A stretch of 64,000 nucleotides of DNA from Monocercomonoides exilis PA203 (lineage: Eukaryota; Protista; Preaxostyla), in the NCBI GenBank assembly GCA_001643675.2, contig LSRY02000009.1, forward strand, positions 1,488,001 through 1,552,000, read 5' to 3'. Shown here piece by piece: positions 13,681 to 26,199 of the stretch. The notes beneath the pieces are model-generated. The model had not been told where the DNA came from, made no database searches, and saw only the letters and a list, made by a program, of their open reading frames with translations. How positions within the stretch are numbered: the first letter of the stretch is position 1; the number at the start of each line of letters is the position of its first letter. The position numbers and the translations under genes are program-made.

Positions 13681-15097
13681 AACCCCAAAGTTCATTTCAA
13701 AATCATTGTTAGACTCTTATCCCGATTATTTTGATTCAGCTGCAGCAGATACATCTGAAAGATCAATCAATTCTTTTATCAACCAATGTTATAACAACAG
13801 TGAAAATGGATGTGACTCAAAAAAATTTTTTTTGTAACCAAAAATGAGAAATTTTTTAAACCTTCATCATAAAAATGTGACGTTAGTAAAACATAATATT
13901 CTGTCTGATATTTTTGTGATTGGATTTTTAATTGTTTTTTGAACACACCTGTAAATATCTAGTACAAATTTTTCTTCCATGAATTGATGTATTTTGTAAT
14001 GAAAAATACAAAAAAAAAACACAAAACAACAAAATTTATCTTCGATTCTCATTCCAACAAGTGAAAATGACAAATTTTTCGTTTCTATTCAGAAAATCAA
14101 ACGAATATTCAAAATAATGAAATGAAAAAGAAGAAAACAAATGAATATTATTAATTAAACACAGATAAATAGAAAAAGGATGTTCACCAACGCTTATTCG
14201 ATGAAATACATAAATGTTGATGAAACATTTGCAAATTAGAAATTCAATTATTGTTGATAGGAACAAAAAAAGATAACAAAATAATAAACAATATATAAAA
14301 TGGGAACGGAATGATCAACAAAATCTGATCATTTTTGATCTTTTGTGGGACAAAATTAAAGTCGAGAAACTTTTCAAAAAATTTTTGACAAATGGGTCAT
14401 TCTTTATGAAAAGTCGCAAACGTTTAACTGATCTGAAAATCAGATCAAAAATGATCAAAAAATGTTGATCATTCCGTTACCATTATATATTGCAAAAAAT
14501 TATTCAATTGAGTTTTATCACCTATCCCCAAATATTGCGTTTCATTGAAACAAATTTCATATATTATTTTTACTGTTTAATCATATTTATGTTATTAAAT
14601 ATTATTGTCTTGTTTTTTTGAAGCAACTGAATAATTTGTTTATATTTCTATGTTTTCATTTCAACTGTTCGTATTACACGTTTTGATTTTTTGAACAGAA
14701 ACTCCTTTTCAATTATTTTCCTATGTTAAATAACAGATAGATTTTCACTTGTTTTAATTTGAATATTTTGAAAAGAAATTATTAAATAGGAAATTTTCAT
14801 CTATTCTTTCCTCATTGAAAATAAAAGAAATTCAAAAAGTTGTTTTCACAAAGCAATTTTAAGTTTTATTATAAATAAATAATTGACAACTGCAATTTCT
14901 TGTATTTAATGTCCTTTTATAAAAAATTCAAAAAAGAAATGATATCTCATGTTTTGAATCAAAACATGAATTGTGTCTTAAATAGCTTTCAACTTTTCAT
15001 TTTCTTTTTTTTCTCATCTATTTTTTCTCATTTCAATTTCCTTCTAAAATAAATTCTGTTCCTTTTTTTCAATCAAATCAAGATAGATGAGATTTCG

Positions 15098-18000
15098 GTG
15101 ATGATTGACGTTTCTAATTTGAACAAGGATGTTGTGTTTGTGCCACGAAAGACACTGCAATTTTGTGTGATGAGTTGCATCAAAAAGCTTCTTGTGGGAG
15201 TGGAAGCGATTCAATTGTCTCTTCGCTCAGCGCCTTTGTCTTCTTCGTCTTCTTCTAGTGGAGCAGCACGCAGATCTTCTTTATCATTCCTGGGTCCAAT
15301 AAGAGAAGAGAAGAAGGTGACAGAAAATGCTCAGTTATTTGCATCTTCGTCTGCAGGTGCAATTTACCCTTCAGATGCCTCGAAGGTGGAGGCTTCATAA
15401 ACGCTTGAAGCAGCATCGATGAATGGAATCGAGAGGAGGCTGAGGATAGTTGTGAAGAAAACAGCTGAGCTGCAAATGCTGCATGGTTATGAGGATGCAG
15501 CTGTTCCTGTCGCTGAGGATGTTGTATATGCTGCGAGGTTTCAGTGTTGGCTTTCAGTGCTCTGCTGAAGAGAACGTGCTGTGTCCGTTCAATGTGAAAT
15601 ATTTTTCATTCTTCTTGTAGCTTTGCTCCCGTCACTTGAGGATTTACCGAGAAAGAAGTCGTCGAAGAAGCTGTTATTAACAGCGGTTGATGTGGATGCG
15701 TTCCTGCCAATCCGCAATACTCCTGTCCATCGCTGGCTTCATTGGTCATTGAATGGCTGGAGAACCGATAGAAGCAGTCGAGACAAGCGGAGTGATGAAG
15801 CTGTGCAACAAAATGAGGAGGTGAATGGTTGCAGTGAATGAAGCAGGAGAGTTTGCGGAGAAGGCGCTGGAGGCGGTGGGGCAGAGGGGCTGATGATGGA
15901 AGATGTCGTTCTGTCGCCTGCAGCGATAGTGCTGAATTTGCTGGAAGAAAGAAAAGAAGAAGAAGAAGTTGGAAAAGGAAAAGGAGGCGAAGCGGATGAG
16001 CGGGCTGACAGAGCAGATGAAGGAGAAGGCCAATATCTTCTTTTTCTTCAGGATTATTTCGAAGCTAAGCTAGATGTTCAATGCAGAGGTGAAGCAGGTG
16101 AAGGAGCTGCATGAGCAGCTGGCAGCAATGAAGGAGAAGAATGAACTTTTGGATGTGGTGATTTTGAAGGAAAAGTTAAGATTGCAGCATGACGAAGTTG
16201 TGGGTGTGGACAGCGCTGTTACGCTGGTGAGATCGGGATTGAAGCTTGCCACGTCTTCTTCGTCGGTTTCTGTGTGTGGCAGGATGGCTCCGTCTTCAGC
16301 TTAGTTGATCTTGCCTTCGGGGCTGCGTGAAAAGCACCACGAAAAGTTTTCCTCGAGTATCGGAGATGGTAGTGCTGTGATGCTTGGCCCGAATCCAAGC
16401 TTGAAGGAGCTTTCTGTGAAAGTGGAGAGTCTGGCAAGTGTAGCGAGAGAGGCAAATTGTGGTGATGGAGGAGGAGACTGAAGTGAAGGAACAAAGTCAG
16501 AGACAAGCAAGAGGTTGGAGAAGAACAGTGCTGAGGCCAGTGTTGGTGGTGAATGTGGAGGAGGAGTGGATGAAACTGTGAGACAGAAGAGTAGCAAAAT
16601 GGAGAATGAATAGAAGATGCTAATTGCGTTGTCGAAATTGCAGAAGCAGATGATAAGCATGCAGAAGGCGCTGATCAATGAGGTGATTGTAAAGCAGCAG
16701 ATGTCGTTTGCGCAAAAGAAGCAGGAATAGATGAATATTTAAGCTTCGTTTGAAGAGGTTGCTTAATGAACTCCCGGAAAGGTGAAGAAGCTGGAAGAAC
16801 AGGTGGTGCAAGTGGACTTTGGCGGGATCAGGGAAGGCGGGGCAGAGGAGAAAGGGGGGAGAGGGATGGATGGGGCGGGGAGGAGGAGGAGGAGGAACAG
16901 AAGCGGAGGGGGAGAATACGAGGAGGCAGAGGAGGGGGGAAAGGCAGTAGAAAGTAATGCAATAGCGCTATATGGGATTCCGTTGTTTCAGCACAACGAT
17001 CCGAAGAGAGAGAGGGGGATGATTGGATGTAAACTGTGGTTCAAACAGTAGCAAAGAAAAATGAAGGGAAGGCGAATGTTGTGCAGTGACTGTTCATGCT
17101 TCTTGAGCATATGACAGACAGCAGAGAACGTGAAGAGTCGGAGTGGCTTGTGACTTCGCCTGGTGGATTGAGGGCAGGGATGTCTGGAGCAAATGGTGTG
17201 CCTTTGCAGGCGGGATCGATGGCGATGGAGTGGCTGACGAGCGCAGTATCTGTTTGGCTGGAACAAGAAAAGTGTAAATCAGTACATATACTTCGGGTTC
17301 CACACTCGCGGCGGTGGTCTGTGCAGATGGAGCGTTTGTTGAAGTTGCTGAAGATAGGTCTGCGGTCGTAGCTAATGTGGAAGCTGTCGAGGATCCGGGG
17401 GTGATGCGGAGACATTATTTCAGCAGATCTTTAAATGGGTGAGGGCGTGCAGAGGCAGGAATTTGGTGACTTTGTGCACGTGTAGCTGAGGGTGAGGCAC
17501 GCAGCGCAGAAGAAGAGCGAGGAAGAACTATTAAAGATAATCTTAATTGTAGAGCTGTTTCTAAATGACTTTGCAAATGTGCAGTTGTTATGGAAGCTTG
17601 TGTGGGAGGAGTGCAAAGGAGACAAGTTGTGGTTTTCATGACAACTGCAAAGTGCTGCTTGAAGGGGTGCTGCCGCAGCAGCCGGTGGAGGAGAGCGAGA
17701 ACTTCCTGATGGTGACGTTCCGGGTGTGCCGGAAGTGCATCAACACGGTGCTTGAAGGGGCGTCGGAGAAGAAGATCAAGAAGATTTTTTGGGGAGTTTG
17801 ATGGGATACAGTCTGAGAAGACGTATGCAGATGCCTCAATGTTTATGGTGTTTCTGCTGAATAACTTCAGGTAAGAAGCAGCTTCCTGATATTTGCGATG
17901 AAGCTGACAAGTTACAGCCTTTTCAGCAGTATTTGAATTATGCGATTGTGAAGGCGGCAAGATGGTGTTGGTCAACTTGGAGCAGGAGTTTCATTCGGTA

Positions 18001-18308
18001 TCGAAGGTGACGTGTGAATTGTTTGGGCTGAAGCAACAAGTGTGGATTGTACAGTCGGTGGAAGAGAAGAAAGAATAGCGGTAGGTGTAGTTCCATATTG
18101 TGCGGCTGCTGGAAGGGATGGTGAGGCTGCAGCTGTGGAGGATGTGCAGTCGATGGTGAAGAAAAAAGAAGGACAGTGTGTGCTTGTGCACTTCGTGAGA
18201 GATGAAGTTACACAAGAAAATGGCATTGTAGATGGAGAGAAAGAAAAATTTTTCAATAATTCATCAACATCTGTTTCTTCATTGCTAAAGAAAACAAATA
18301 CTGAATGA
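15098..18308 (+). pseudogene. Family-X hypothetical gene (decayed); cargo of element B
   Basis: Plus ORFs 15098-15400, 15893-16114 (EDVVLSPAAIVLNLLEERK), 16074-16304, 17096-17371, 17565-17801, 18042-18308; shares motifs with the A and D copies. Confidence 0.6.
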
Positions 18309-18309
18309 A

Positions 18310-19524
18310 AGCGATGAAGATGAACAATGCGCTCCAATTATTTGGTGGATATTGGATGTTATCAACCATCAAATCACCAATAGAATATTTTCATCAGCGT
18401 TTTTATCTCGTCGTAACCTTCTTCTTTTCCCTCTTTTCCTTCTTTCTTCAATGACATTCGATTATTTTTGGAGAATTTGAGAGAAGAAGGAGAGTGAGAA
18501 GAAGGAGTTAGAAGAAGAAGAGGAGGAGGAAGAGGAAGAGGAAGAGGATGAGGATGAGGAAGAGGAAGAGGAAGATGAGGAAGAAGAGGAAGAAGAGGAA
18601 GAAGAGGAAGAAGAGGAAGATGAGGAAGATGAGGAAGATGAGGAAGATGAGGAAGAAGAGGAAGAAGAGGAAGGGAAGCCAAAAGAATTGAAGCTACTTA
18701 CGAATTCCTTGAGCAATTCTTGAATGATGAGCTTCCAAAAGAAACTGTTCCTGAAGTTGAGCTGTTAATCACAAGGACACATCATAAGGACATCTTCACT
18801 CTATCTGAAACAACTCAAATAAATACAATCCTTCCACAATTGCTAAGTTTGAATTAATAAGTGGTTGATGCAATTTATTTCAGTTTCATGCATGTAATTT
18901 CTATCTCATTTCCATTTAGCAGAAAAGATGGCTTCTTGAATGAATGGAACTTTATTGTGTAGTTGTCAACATGAAGAATTCCATTTTCTATCTTCAGCAA
19001 CATTGAATTGAGAGCAATAGGCTGAATCATATTAGCTTCACAAATAGAAGAAACGTTTACAAATGAAAGAGAAAGCTGGCCATTTGCTTTTTGAATGATT
19101 AAACTTCCAGAATAAGAAAAAAACCGAACAAAGTTGAATTTTACACTTTCGATCCGAACATTCTCTGAGGTTGCAATGAGATTTCCCATATTGCCATCGA
19201 TTGTTGAGTTCAGATGCACTGAAGCAGCTGACTGAGATTGCAACGAGTGGAAAATCACATCCTTCGCTTAGCATTCCACGTTCACGATTGTTTCCCCCGA
19301 AACTAACAGCTGAGAATACGATGAAGGAATAATGTGTTGCACTCCCTGATTCAATGATCGACAAGGCATGTTGAACTCTCCACATTGCTCGCTGTTTGTG
19401 TCATTACCTGCAACTGAAGAAACAAATATTGCATCGCTCTGGTATTTTTAACAACCCTCAACAAAAGATCTTCCTTCCTCACAAATGGGTCTAAAGTTCA
19501 GCCCCACATCGCCATTTATGTCAT
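18310..19524 (-). pseudogene. Fragment of surface-protein family with a poly-Ser tract
   Basis: ORFs 19038-19385, 18875-19258, 18462-18716 (frameshifted); IFVSSVAGNDTNSEQCG-type motif near 19380-19430. Confidence 0.5.
18500..18672. repeat. GAA/GAG/GAT purine-rich microsatellite (poly-Ser on minus strand)
   Basis: Directly visible. Confidence 0.85.
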
Positions 19525-20830
19525 GTTAGGCTCTCCGTTATTAGCTACGAATTTGTCAAGTATAAAAAATGAATAATTTTACAACAATTATTAAATATAA
19601 CATTCATATAAAAGCTAAATGAAAACCTTTTGATATGTATAATTTTCATCTTTATCAAACTTGTGGGAGTAATCTACGCATAATTTCAAATTCCAGGCAC
19701 ATTCTGTGCAATGAAAATTTTAAATCAGATAAGAATTTGATTTATCTACGAATCTCAAATTTTTGATGAAAGAAAATCGATAAAACCCTTGCACATTGAT
19801 GAATCAACAATTGTAAAGTTGTTCAATCAAGTGAAACTCTTTTTCATTGAAAAAATGATATTTCAATAGATTAAATGTGAAATATTTGAAAAATTTTGAA
19901 ATAATGAAGTTATTTCGAAATAACTTACAAATTTCGAGTTTTTCGAAGGTTTTTTGAGTTTTACTAATTCTTTTGAAAAAAAGTCAGTCTTATTGAGTAT
20001 TCACAAATGAAGTTTTATTGTTTTTTCTGACTTGTTGCTATTAATTGTCATTCTTTTTTTAGTTTGTTTCACTTTGTTTATGTTTGTATTCTGATACAAA
20101 TACTAAATTGTTGATCTTCAGTATCACATAACAAATTATTTTTTTATTATTTAATCATTTCTGTCGTTTTGAAAAGCATCAAAAGAAACATGCATGAGGT
20201 TAAAAATTTGTTTTTTGTTGTTTTATTCGAGGCCATGAAATTAAAAACTGTTAACTCGTTTATTGGAGAGAATTTGCCTTCTTTTTAATATTCTTTATTT
20301 CAACATCAGTCCTTTGAATAACTACATAAATTTTGATATGTGATTACTATTAAAACATCGTTGTGCTTTATTAATAAACTTTTCATTTCATGATTGCTAA
20401 TTTTATGAGAATATTTTTGACATTTATTCTTTTTAATATTTTTCTTATATATACCGTGTATATAAAAAATATAAGTAAAATTGATTTTACAGTGATATGT
20501 TATTCTATATAAAAAAGAATTGTTGAAGATCATTAATAAATTTCACAATAAAGTCATATTTTTGATTAAAAATGTTGTACTATTTGATATCTTTCTTCTG
20601 TTTAATTTTTAATAAAAAAATTAAACAAAATATATCTTCTCCATTCTTTAACAAAAAATGATCGAGTTTAACAGTTGAGATTTTTGCAGTTTTTAGTTGA
20701 TCAATTGAGTTTCTTCAAATCAGAAAAAAAAGTTCTTTTTGTGGTCAATTTCTTTCTCTATTCAAATCAAATAACATCAAATATTAAAAAGACAAAAATT
20801 TATAGCAGAATCGCCTCTCTCCAATGAACA

Positions 20831-21976
20831 TTAATTCTGCCACTCCTTTGCTCTTGTGCTCCGCATGGCAAATGACTTTCCTGCTTCCACTGCCTTTGCT
20901 GCAACCACACCATCTCCGCTCGTAAACTTCACATTCTTCGCCTTAACATTCTCTAGCACGCTATCTCCCAATATTATCAACGATAAGAACAATACAAATG
21001 AAGAGACTGAAAAAGATTGATCAAGCTCAGAGAACAATGATTTTGAAATATTCTTTTTTGTGATCTCCACACCAATCATTGATAGCTGCGACAACGGCAC
21101 CTTTAACACTGATGAATATATCGCATTCACTGAAGAAACACTTGTTGTAATCACAACATCATCCAACGAGAGTGACCCACTCCCACCAGATAACACAACC
21201 ACATTCGGAGAAGAACTTGAATTTGAATTGCAATCAACTTTTATGTGCAATAAACTCATACGGCCTGTTGACACACTGAACAGCGCTCCTGCTGCTGATG
21301 ATGATGAAGAAAGTGCTCCTGTTTCAATCGAACTCTCCGTCCTCCCTTTCCCAATTACTGAAATCTTCTTTCCCTCAATATCAATTGTTGCTGTCTCACT
21401 TGTGTGATCCCCTTCCATCAGTGTGACTGACAGGCTCACCTGGATCACGCTCCGACTGACTGCAACACAAATGGTTCTGCATGCACTTGACTCATCCAGT
21501 CCACATAACTCTTCTGTGCTTCCTCCACTCACAGCCACAAATCGATTGAGAATCCCTCTTTTCAGCCAATTCCACTTTTCGGTGTGCTTGTGGATCCAAT
21601 TAGTACCATCATAGTGTTCATAAAACATTCTCCTATCATCAGCATTTGTTGTATAGCATTCTTTGAACGGATTCCCTGACTCTAAATAAAGACTGTAATG
21701 ATCTGCATATGCAATGTCGTGACCATATGGAACATTGGCCAAACATTTGCATTCATGGAAGAAGAGGAAATAGCAATAAATTGTTTCATTTGGCGCTGTT
21801 TGTTTTGCTGGCTCCAAATGAAATCCGCCTCCCCTTGTCATTGCAGAACATGAAATAAACTGAATGCTCCTCATTTTGAACGCAGCTGGAACAGTGTGAC
21901 AAAACATTCCTCCACCATAATTATTTGTTAGTAAGTTTGAAGTCAATGAGCATGCAAATACACGGGTATCCTCCAC
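20831..21976 (-). CDS. Truncated beta-helix-like surface-family protein (381 aa); cargo of element B
   Basis: Open frame with NNYGGGMFC, RGGGFHL, NRFVAVSGG..ELCG.DESSACRTI..AV, VTLMEGDHTSET motifs; no ATG start or TM. Confidence 0.55.
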   Translation of the reverse strand: MEDTRVFACSLTSNLLTNNYGGGMFCHTVPAAFKMRSIQFISCSAMTRGGGFHLEPAKQTAPNETIYCYFLFFHECKCLANVPYGHDIAYADHYSLYLESGNPFKECYTTNADDRRMFYEHYDGTNWIHKHTEKWNWLKRGILNRFVAVSGGSTEELCGLDESSACRTICVAVSRSVIQVSLSVTLMEGDHTSETATIDIEGKKISVIGKGRTESSIETGALSSSSSAAGALFSVSTGRMSLLHIKVDCNSNSSSSPNVVVLSGGSGSLSLDDVVITTSVSSVNAIYSSVLKVPLSQLSMIGVEITKKNISKSLFSELDQSFSVSSFVLFLSLIILGDSVLENVKAKNVKFTSGDGVVAAKAVEAGKSFAMRSTRAKEWQN

Positions 21977-22997
21977 TTTGTTATTTTTTGTTTAAACTCG
22001 CGCTCTGAGTTAAAATCGGAAAAAAGCATTTCCTATTTATTTTTGAAAAACAAAATTCGAAAACAAACATAAGGAAAAAAAGAAATAAATTAACAAGCAA
22101 TAAACTTTGCATTTGCCTATGAATAATTGTTGCAATGTGAATCTGTGCAGCGATCGAGAATCAACATTAAATCATTTCTGAGATGATTCAAATATGAATT
22201 GCAATGAAATTTACTCCAAAGAAAATATATTTGTTATTTGCTTCATTAACAGTCATTGCTATAAACAATCGTTATGAGCCTTATAAATTGAAAAATTGAA
22301 CTGTTGATTTCAAAAGATCATTTGGAAGATTTTATGGGTGACAAAAAATGAAAGAAATAAGTGTATTTTTCGAAATTTTCCGTATTTTCCGTTTGGCTTT
22401 CACTTGAATGATCGCAAAAAGTTATATAATCATCATTTCATTTATAAAATAAACTCTAATGAAGCTATTCGAATTTCATTTTAATTCAGATTTTTTCAAA
22501 CGATTTGACAATTTCACCCATTGCTTTCACAAATATTGTACTTATTCATAAATGTGACATTGAAATGAGAATATTAGAAAATTTTCATTAAATCGAATTA
22601 TCACATTTAAAAAAATCATTGTGGTTTTGAAAACTCAAAATAAGTCAGTCTTACTGAGAATAACTTGGTTATTTTGAAATAAGTGGATTAATTCAAAATA
22701 ACCCATATAAAACTTGAAATAAATTTTTATTTCAAAATATTTTTTTATTTCAAAATTCATCTAATTTTGATCAACAAATTTGATACATAATTTTTTGAAA
22801 AAAAACACATCTTCTCATAAAGAAGTTTGTTATAAGCAAACAAACATCATTGTGAAAGTTCGATATTTTCATTTGTGTAATGGGAACGGAGTGTTTTATA
22901 TTAACTTTCATGGGATGAATTTTTGATCTGTAGCGACTTTTCAAAAAGAATTACCCAAATATTATACTAAAAAATACTCAAAAATTGATTAAGAAAT

Positions 22998-23932
22998 TGC
23001 ATCGTATATTTTTGTGAAAATAAAGAATTTTGAAATAAAACACCAACAAACATAATGTATTGAGAAAATGCACAAGAAATTTTATTGTAGATCGAGTACG
23101 ATAATTGAACATAGAAAGAATTGAACAAATTTTAATAAATAATATCAACTTAATTAATAGCTGAATATGTATTTATTTGAATCAAAATATTAACTACAGT
23201 AAGTCATTAGTATAAATACCATATAAACAAAGTTTGGCTTATCATTGAACAAATTAAATACCAACAAACTTTAAAAAATATATATTAAACACTGCAGTTA
23301 TAGCCCCGTTTTTGAAGCTTTTAAAAGTGATGCATAACAAACAATAATAGAATAAATTTCATTCCAAAAATAACAGACTGTAACCTTTTCTTTTGGAACG
23401 TCTGCTACCAAAAAAAGCATGCTTGAGACAAAACAGGTATCTGGCAGACGTATTCATAAAATTATAGTTGTAAATTAAAAGAAAGATAAATTGTTATTAA
23501 AGGCTTCTTGAAATATTTAATGCAAACCTCTCTCGCAAGTTGTGGTTGAGCTTGCCAATAACTTTTCACATTCTTATGGTTATGATCAAATGTGAAAAAA
23601 TTATTTTGTCATGTGAATCACAAATATTTTTTAACACATATTGATTTTTTATTCACATATATAAAACAAATCGTGATATGATATTTTATTTTTATTGTTA
23701 TCTTGTTTACAATATTTATTTTTGGATAATTGATGAATTAAACAATTTTTATGAATACGAATGTATTAGCGTTTTTGATTAAAAAAAATATAAATAAATA
23801 ATAATAGGCATAGTCAAATTTTGAATGAGAGCTCTTCGTTCTTTGTTTGCAATAAGTTATTATTTTTTTCAAATTACACAAATATTTGCCAGTTCCGGGT
23901 TTGGCACCAGGTTCAGGGTTTGGCACCAATGG
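22998..23932 (-). repeat. Right long inverted arm
   Basis: Reverse complement of 2990-3924. Confidence 0.95.
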
Positions 23933-24984
23933 TAATTAATTATGGTTCAATTTCTATTTTTTTTTTTTTTTTGATATTCTTCACAACGACACTTTTTTCA
24001 ACATCAACAACAATTTTTTTATAAATACACATAATTCAGTTTTATTAAAAAATCTTTTAGAAATATTGAAAAATCGATATTATATGATCAAAAATTCAAT
24101 TTTTCAATGAAAAATGAACCCATTAAGAGACAAAATGCAATTTTATATATTTGGTCCTGTGATTATATGCAATGAAAAATAAATGGAAATAAATTCAAAA
24201 AATGTTATAATAAACAAATGTGTTTGTGCTCGATGTGATTATTTCCTGTTTTGACTGTATTGTTTTTTGGGTGTAGATTTCAATAGTCTTTTTGTCACAA
24301 TCTTGAAAATAATCATTGACATGTGAAATACATCACAGCTATAACAGTAGCTTATGCACAAGATGAAAGAAAGATGAAGATATCTTTGTACGGTATTGTT
24401 TCTTCTCAGTGATCATTTGAAACCAATCACAACAAAACTTCACACAAAAATTATCAACATCCAAAATATTATTTCAATAACAATTACCCACATATCTTTC
24501 AAACAGTCCAAAGTGAGTTATTCATTTTGAACACTAACTTTTGATATTGGTGATTGTCTGTTTTGATGAATGAATGATTCTGTCAAAATTCACAAAAATC
24601 AGATTTTTCATTATCACCTCTGAAAGATATGAGAATTTTTGATGAAAATGTTTCTTTTCACTGTTGTGTTTATTGATTCCCATTGAAAATGCGGGATGCC
24701 CAACTATTGTGATGGTTCCAAATTTGGGACGAAATTTTTGGTTTTTGAAAAATAATAAGGATTTGTTCACAACTTTTTCTGCAATTATTTCATAATAAAT
24801 CTTCTGTAACAATGAAAAAAATTCAGAAAAATTCAAAAGTTGAGAAAAAAATTATAGGAAATATTGTGTGGAACAAAATTGGAAAAGGATAAAATTTTAT
24901 CCCAATTTGTTTTGAACAGATACTCCTAAAATGGGCATGATCAAATCAGATTTTTGATTGAATCTTCTTATTTCCGATTTGACG

Positions 24985-26158
24985 ATGAATAAAGAACTTT
25001 CGAGCGAATTCTACAAAGCATTTGGAGAGCATCCGCAGAATTATTTGTCCTTGCCATTTCCAGTTCAGCTTGGGTGTGCTTGTGTTTTTGTGCTTTTGTT
25101 GTTGTTGAAATGGTGTTTTGTGGATTGGAACCTGGACTTCGAAGAGAAACTTCGTTTTTGCCGGCATTTGCGTCGAAGCCTCGAAACGTGATTCTTGTGG
25201 ACTGCTTCCTCGAAGCGGTGTTTTCGAAAAACAGAGTTAAAGATGCATCATGTGATTGCGCAATTGATTGCCGCGGTGCTTTGGAAAAGGAGTATTTTGA
25301 AAGAGCGTTGGGATTGGTGCAGAGGCATTTTCCGCACAAAAAACTTGGGGCTTCATTCAAAATATACACACGAAATAAAATGCCGATGGTTTCGAATTTG
25401 ATTTCATTATTTTTGTTATTATTGATGAAGTTTTATCTTTGGCATTTTTTTTTTTTTTTTTTTGAAATGTCTGTTAGGAAAAGATGGAGATTTCGAAAGA
25501 GCTTTTGCTGTTGGCAGCGATTTTGACAGTGCTGGAAGTTAATTCGCTGGCAGCTTCTATTTGTTCGATAAAGGAGATGCTGCTGAGTGCAATGGTATGT
25601 GTTTATTGTTTCATTCTATTCTTTCTTTATTTGTTAAAAAAATAATTTTTTTATAAATATTTTTGTGAATCATTGGGTGAATTTTATTGTTTGATATTAA
25701 AATTTGCACAACCTCAAATTTTGACTGAAGCCAAGATCTCGCCAAGGCGAAGGGGTTGCTGCGTATTTGAGCGCGCTTTTTGTAGGGTGCCAGAATGTTG
25801 TTGTGCATCTTCCGTCATTTGATTCATCGCGAAGCGAAACTCGCATCCGCTTGTTTACCCGCTCACCGAGAATATTGTTCGCTGTGGAGGGCAAAGCAAA
25901 TGTGAGGAATCGAAGGCGGAGGATTCGTGTGGGGCAGTGTTGAGCGGCGGTGCAACTGGACGCAGCAGATGGCTGTTCCGGATTGGAAAAGAGGCAGAGT
26001 TGGAGAAGGACGAAGTTGAGAAGCTTCGAATTGTTCAATTTAGCGCAGAGCTTACGTTCCTTCTTGTTAAATATGTATGTTGGGGTTTTGAGAATAATTA
26101 TGTGATTATTATTTTGTGATTATCAAACTTTTTTCTTTTCTATCTATCTTTCTTTTTA

Positions 26159-26199
<41 letters not shown>

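Larger units (their letters stand above)
8348..14389. mobile_element. Sola-like cargo element A (6.0 kb, no recognisable transposase)
   Basis: TIRs GTCAAAATTTTTTTGAAAAGT (8348) and GTCAAAAATTTTTTGAAAAGT (rc, ends 14389), 20/21; AAAT direct repeat at 8344-8347 and 14390-14393; L and R subterminal regions match those of element C. Confidence 0.85.
14394..22956. mobile_element. Sola-like cargo element B (8.6 kb, opposite orientation to A, diverged subfamily)
   Basis: TIRs GGGTCATTCTTTATGAAAAGTCGC (14394) and GGGTAATTCTTTTTGAAAAGTCGC (rc, ends 22956), 22/24; AAAT at 14390-14393 and 22957-22960; R-type subterminal at left, ~200-bp L-type subterminal at right. Confidence 0.8.
2990..23932. mobile_element. 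~21-kb long-TIR (foldback-like) non-autonomous element with pogo-type tips, containing a surface-protein pseudogene and nested Sola-like elements A and B
   Basis: 935-bp inverted arms 2990-3924 / 22998-23932 (coordinate sum 26922 at both ends, so no net indel); tip CCATTGGTGCCAAACCCTGAACCTGGTGCCAAACCCGG; both ends flanked by TA within TAATTAATTA (2980-2989, 23933-23942). Confidence 0.65.

Noticed and set aside
14295-14490. Stand-alone MITE, hairpin RNA or bidirectional promoter
   Set aside because: Better explained as the abutting R ends of elements A and B around one AAAT
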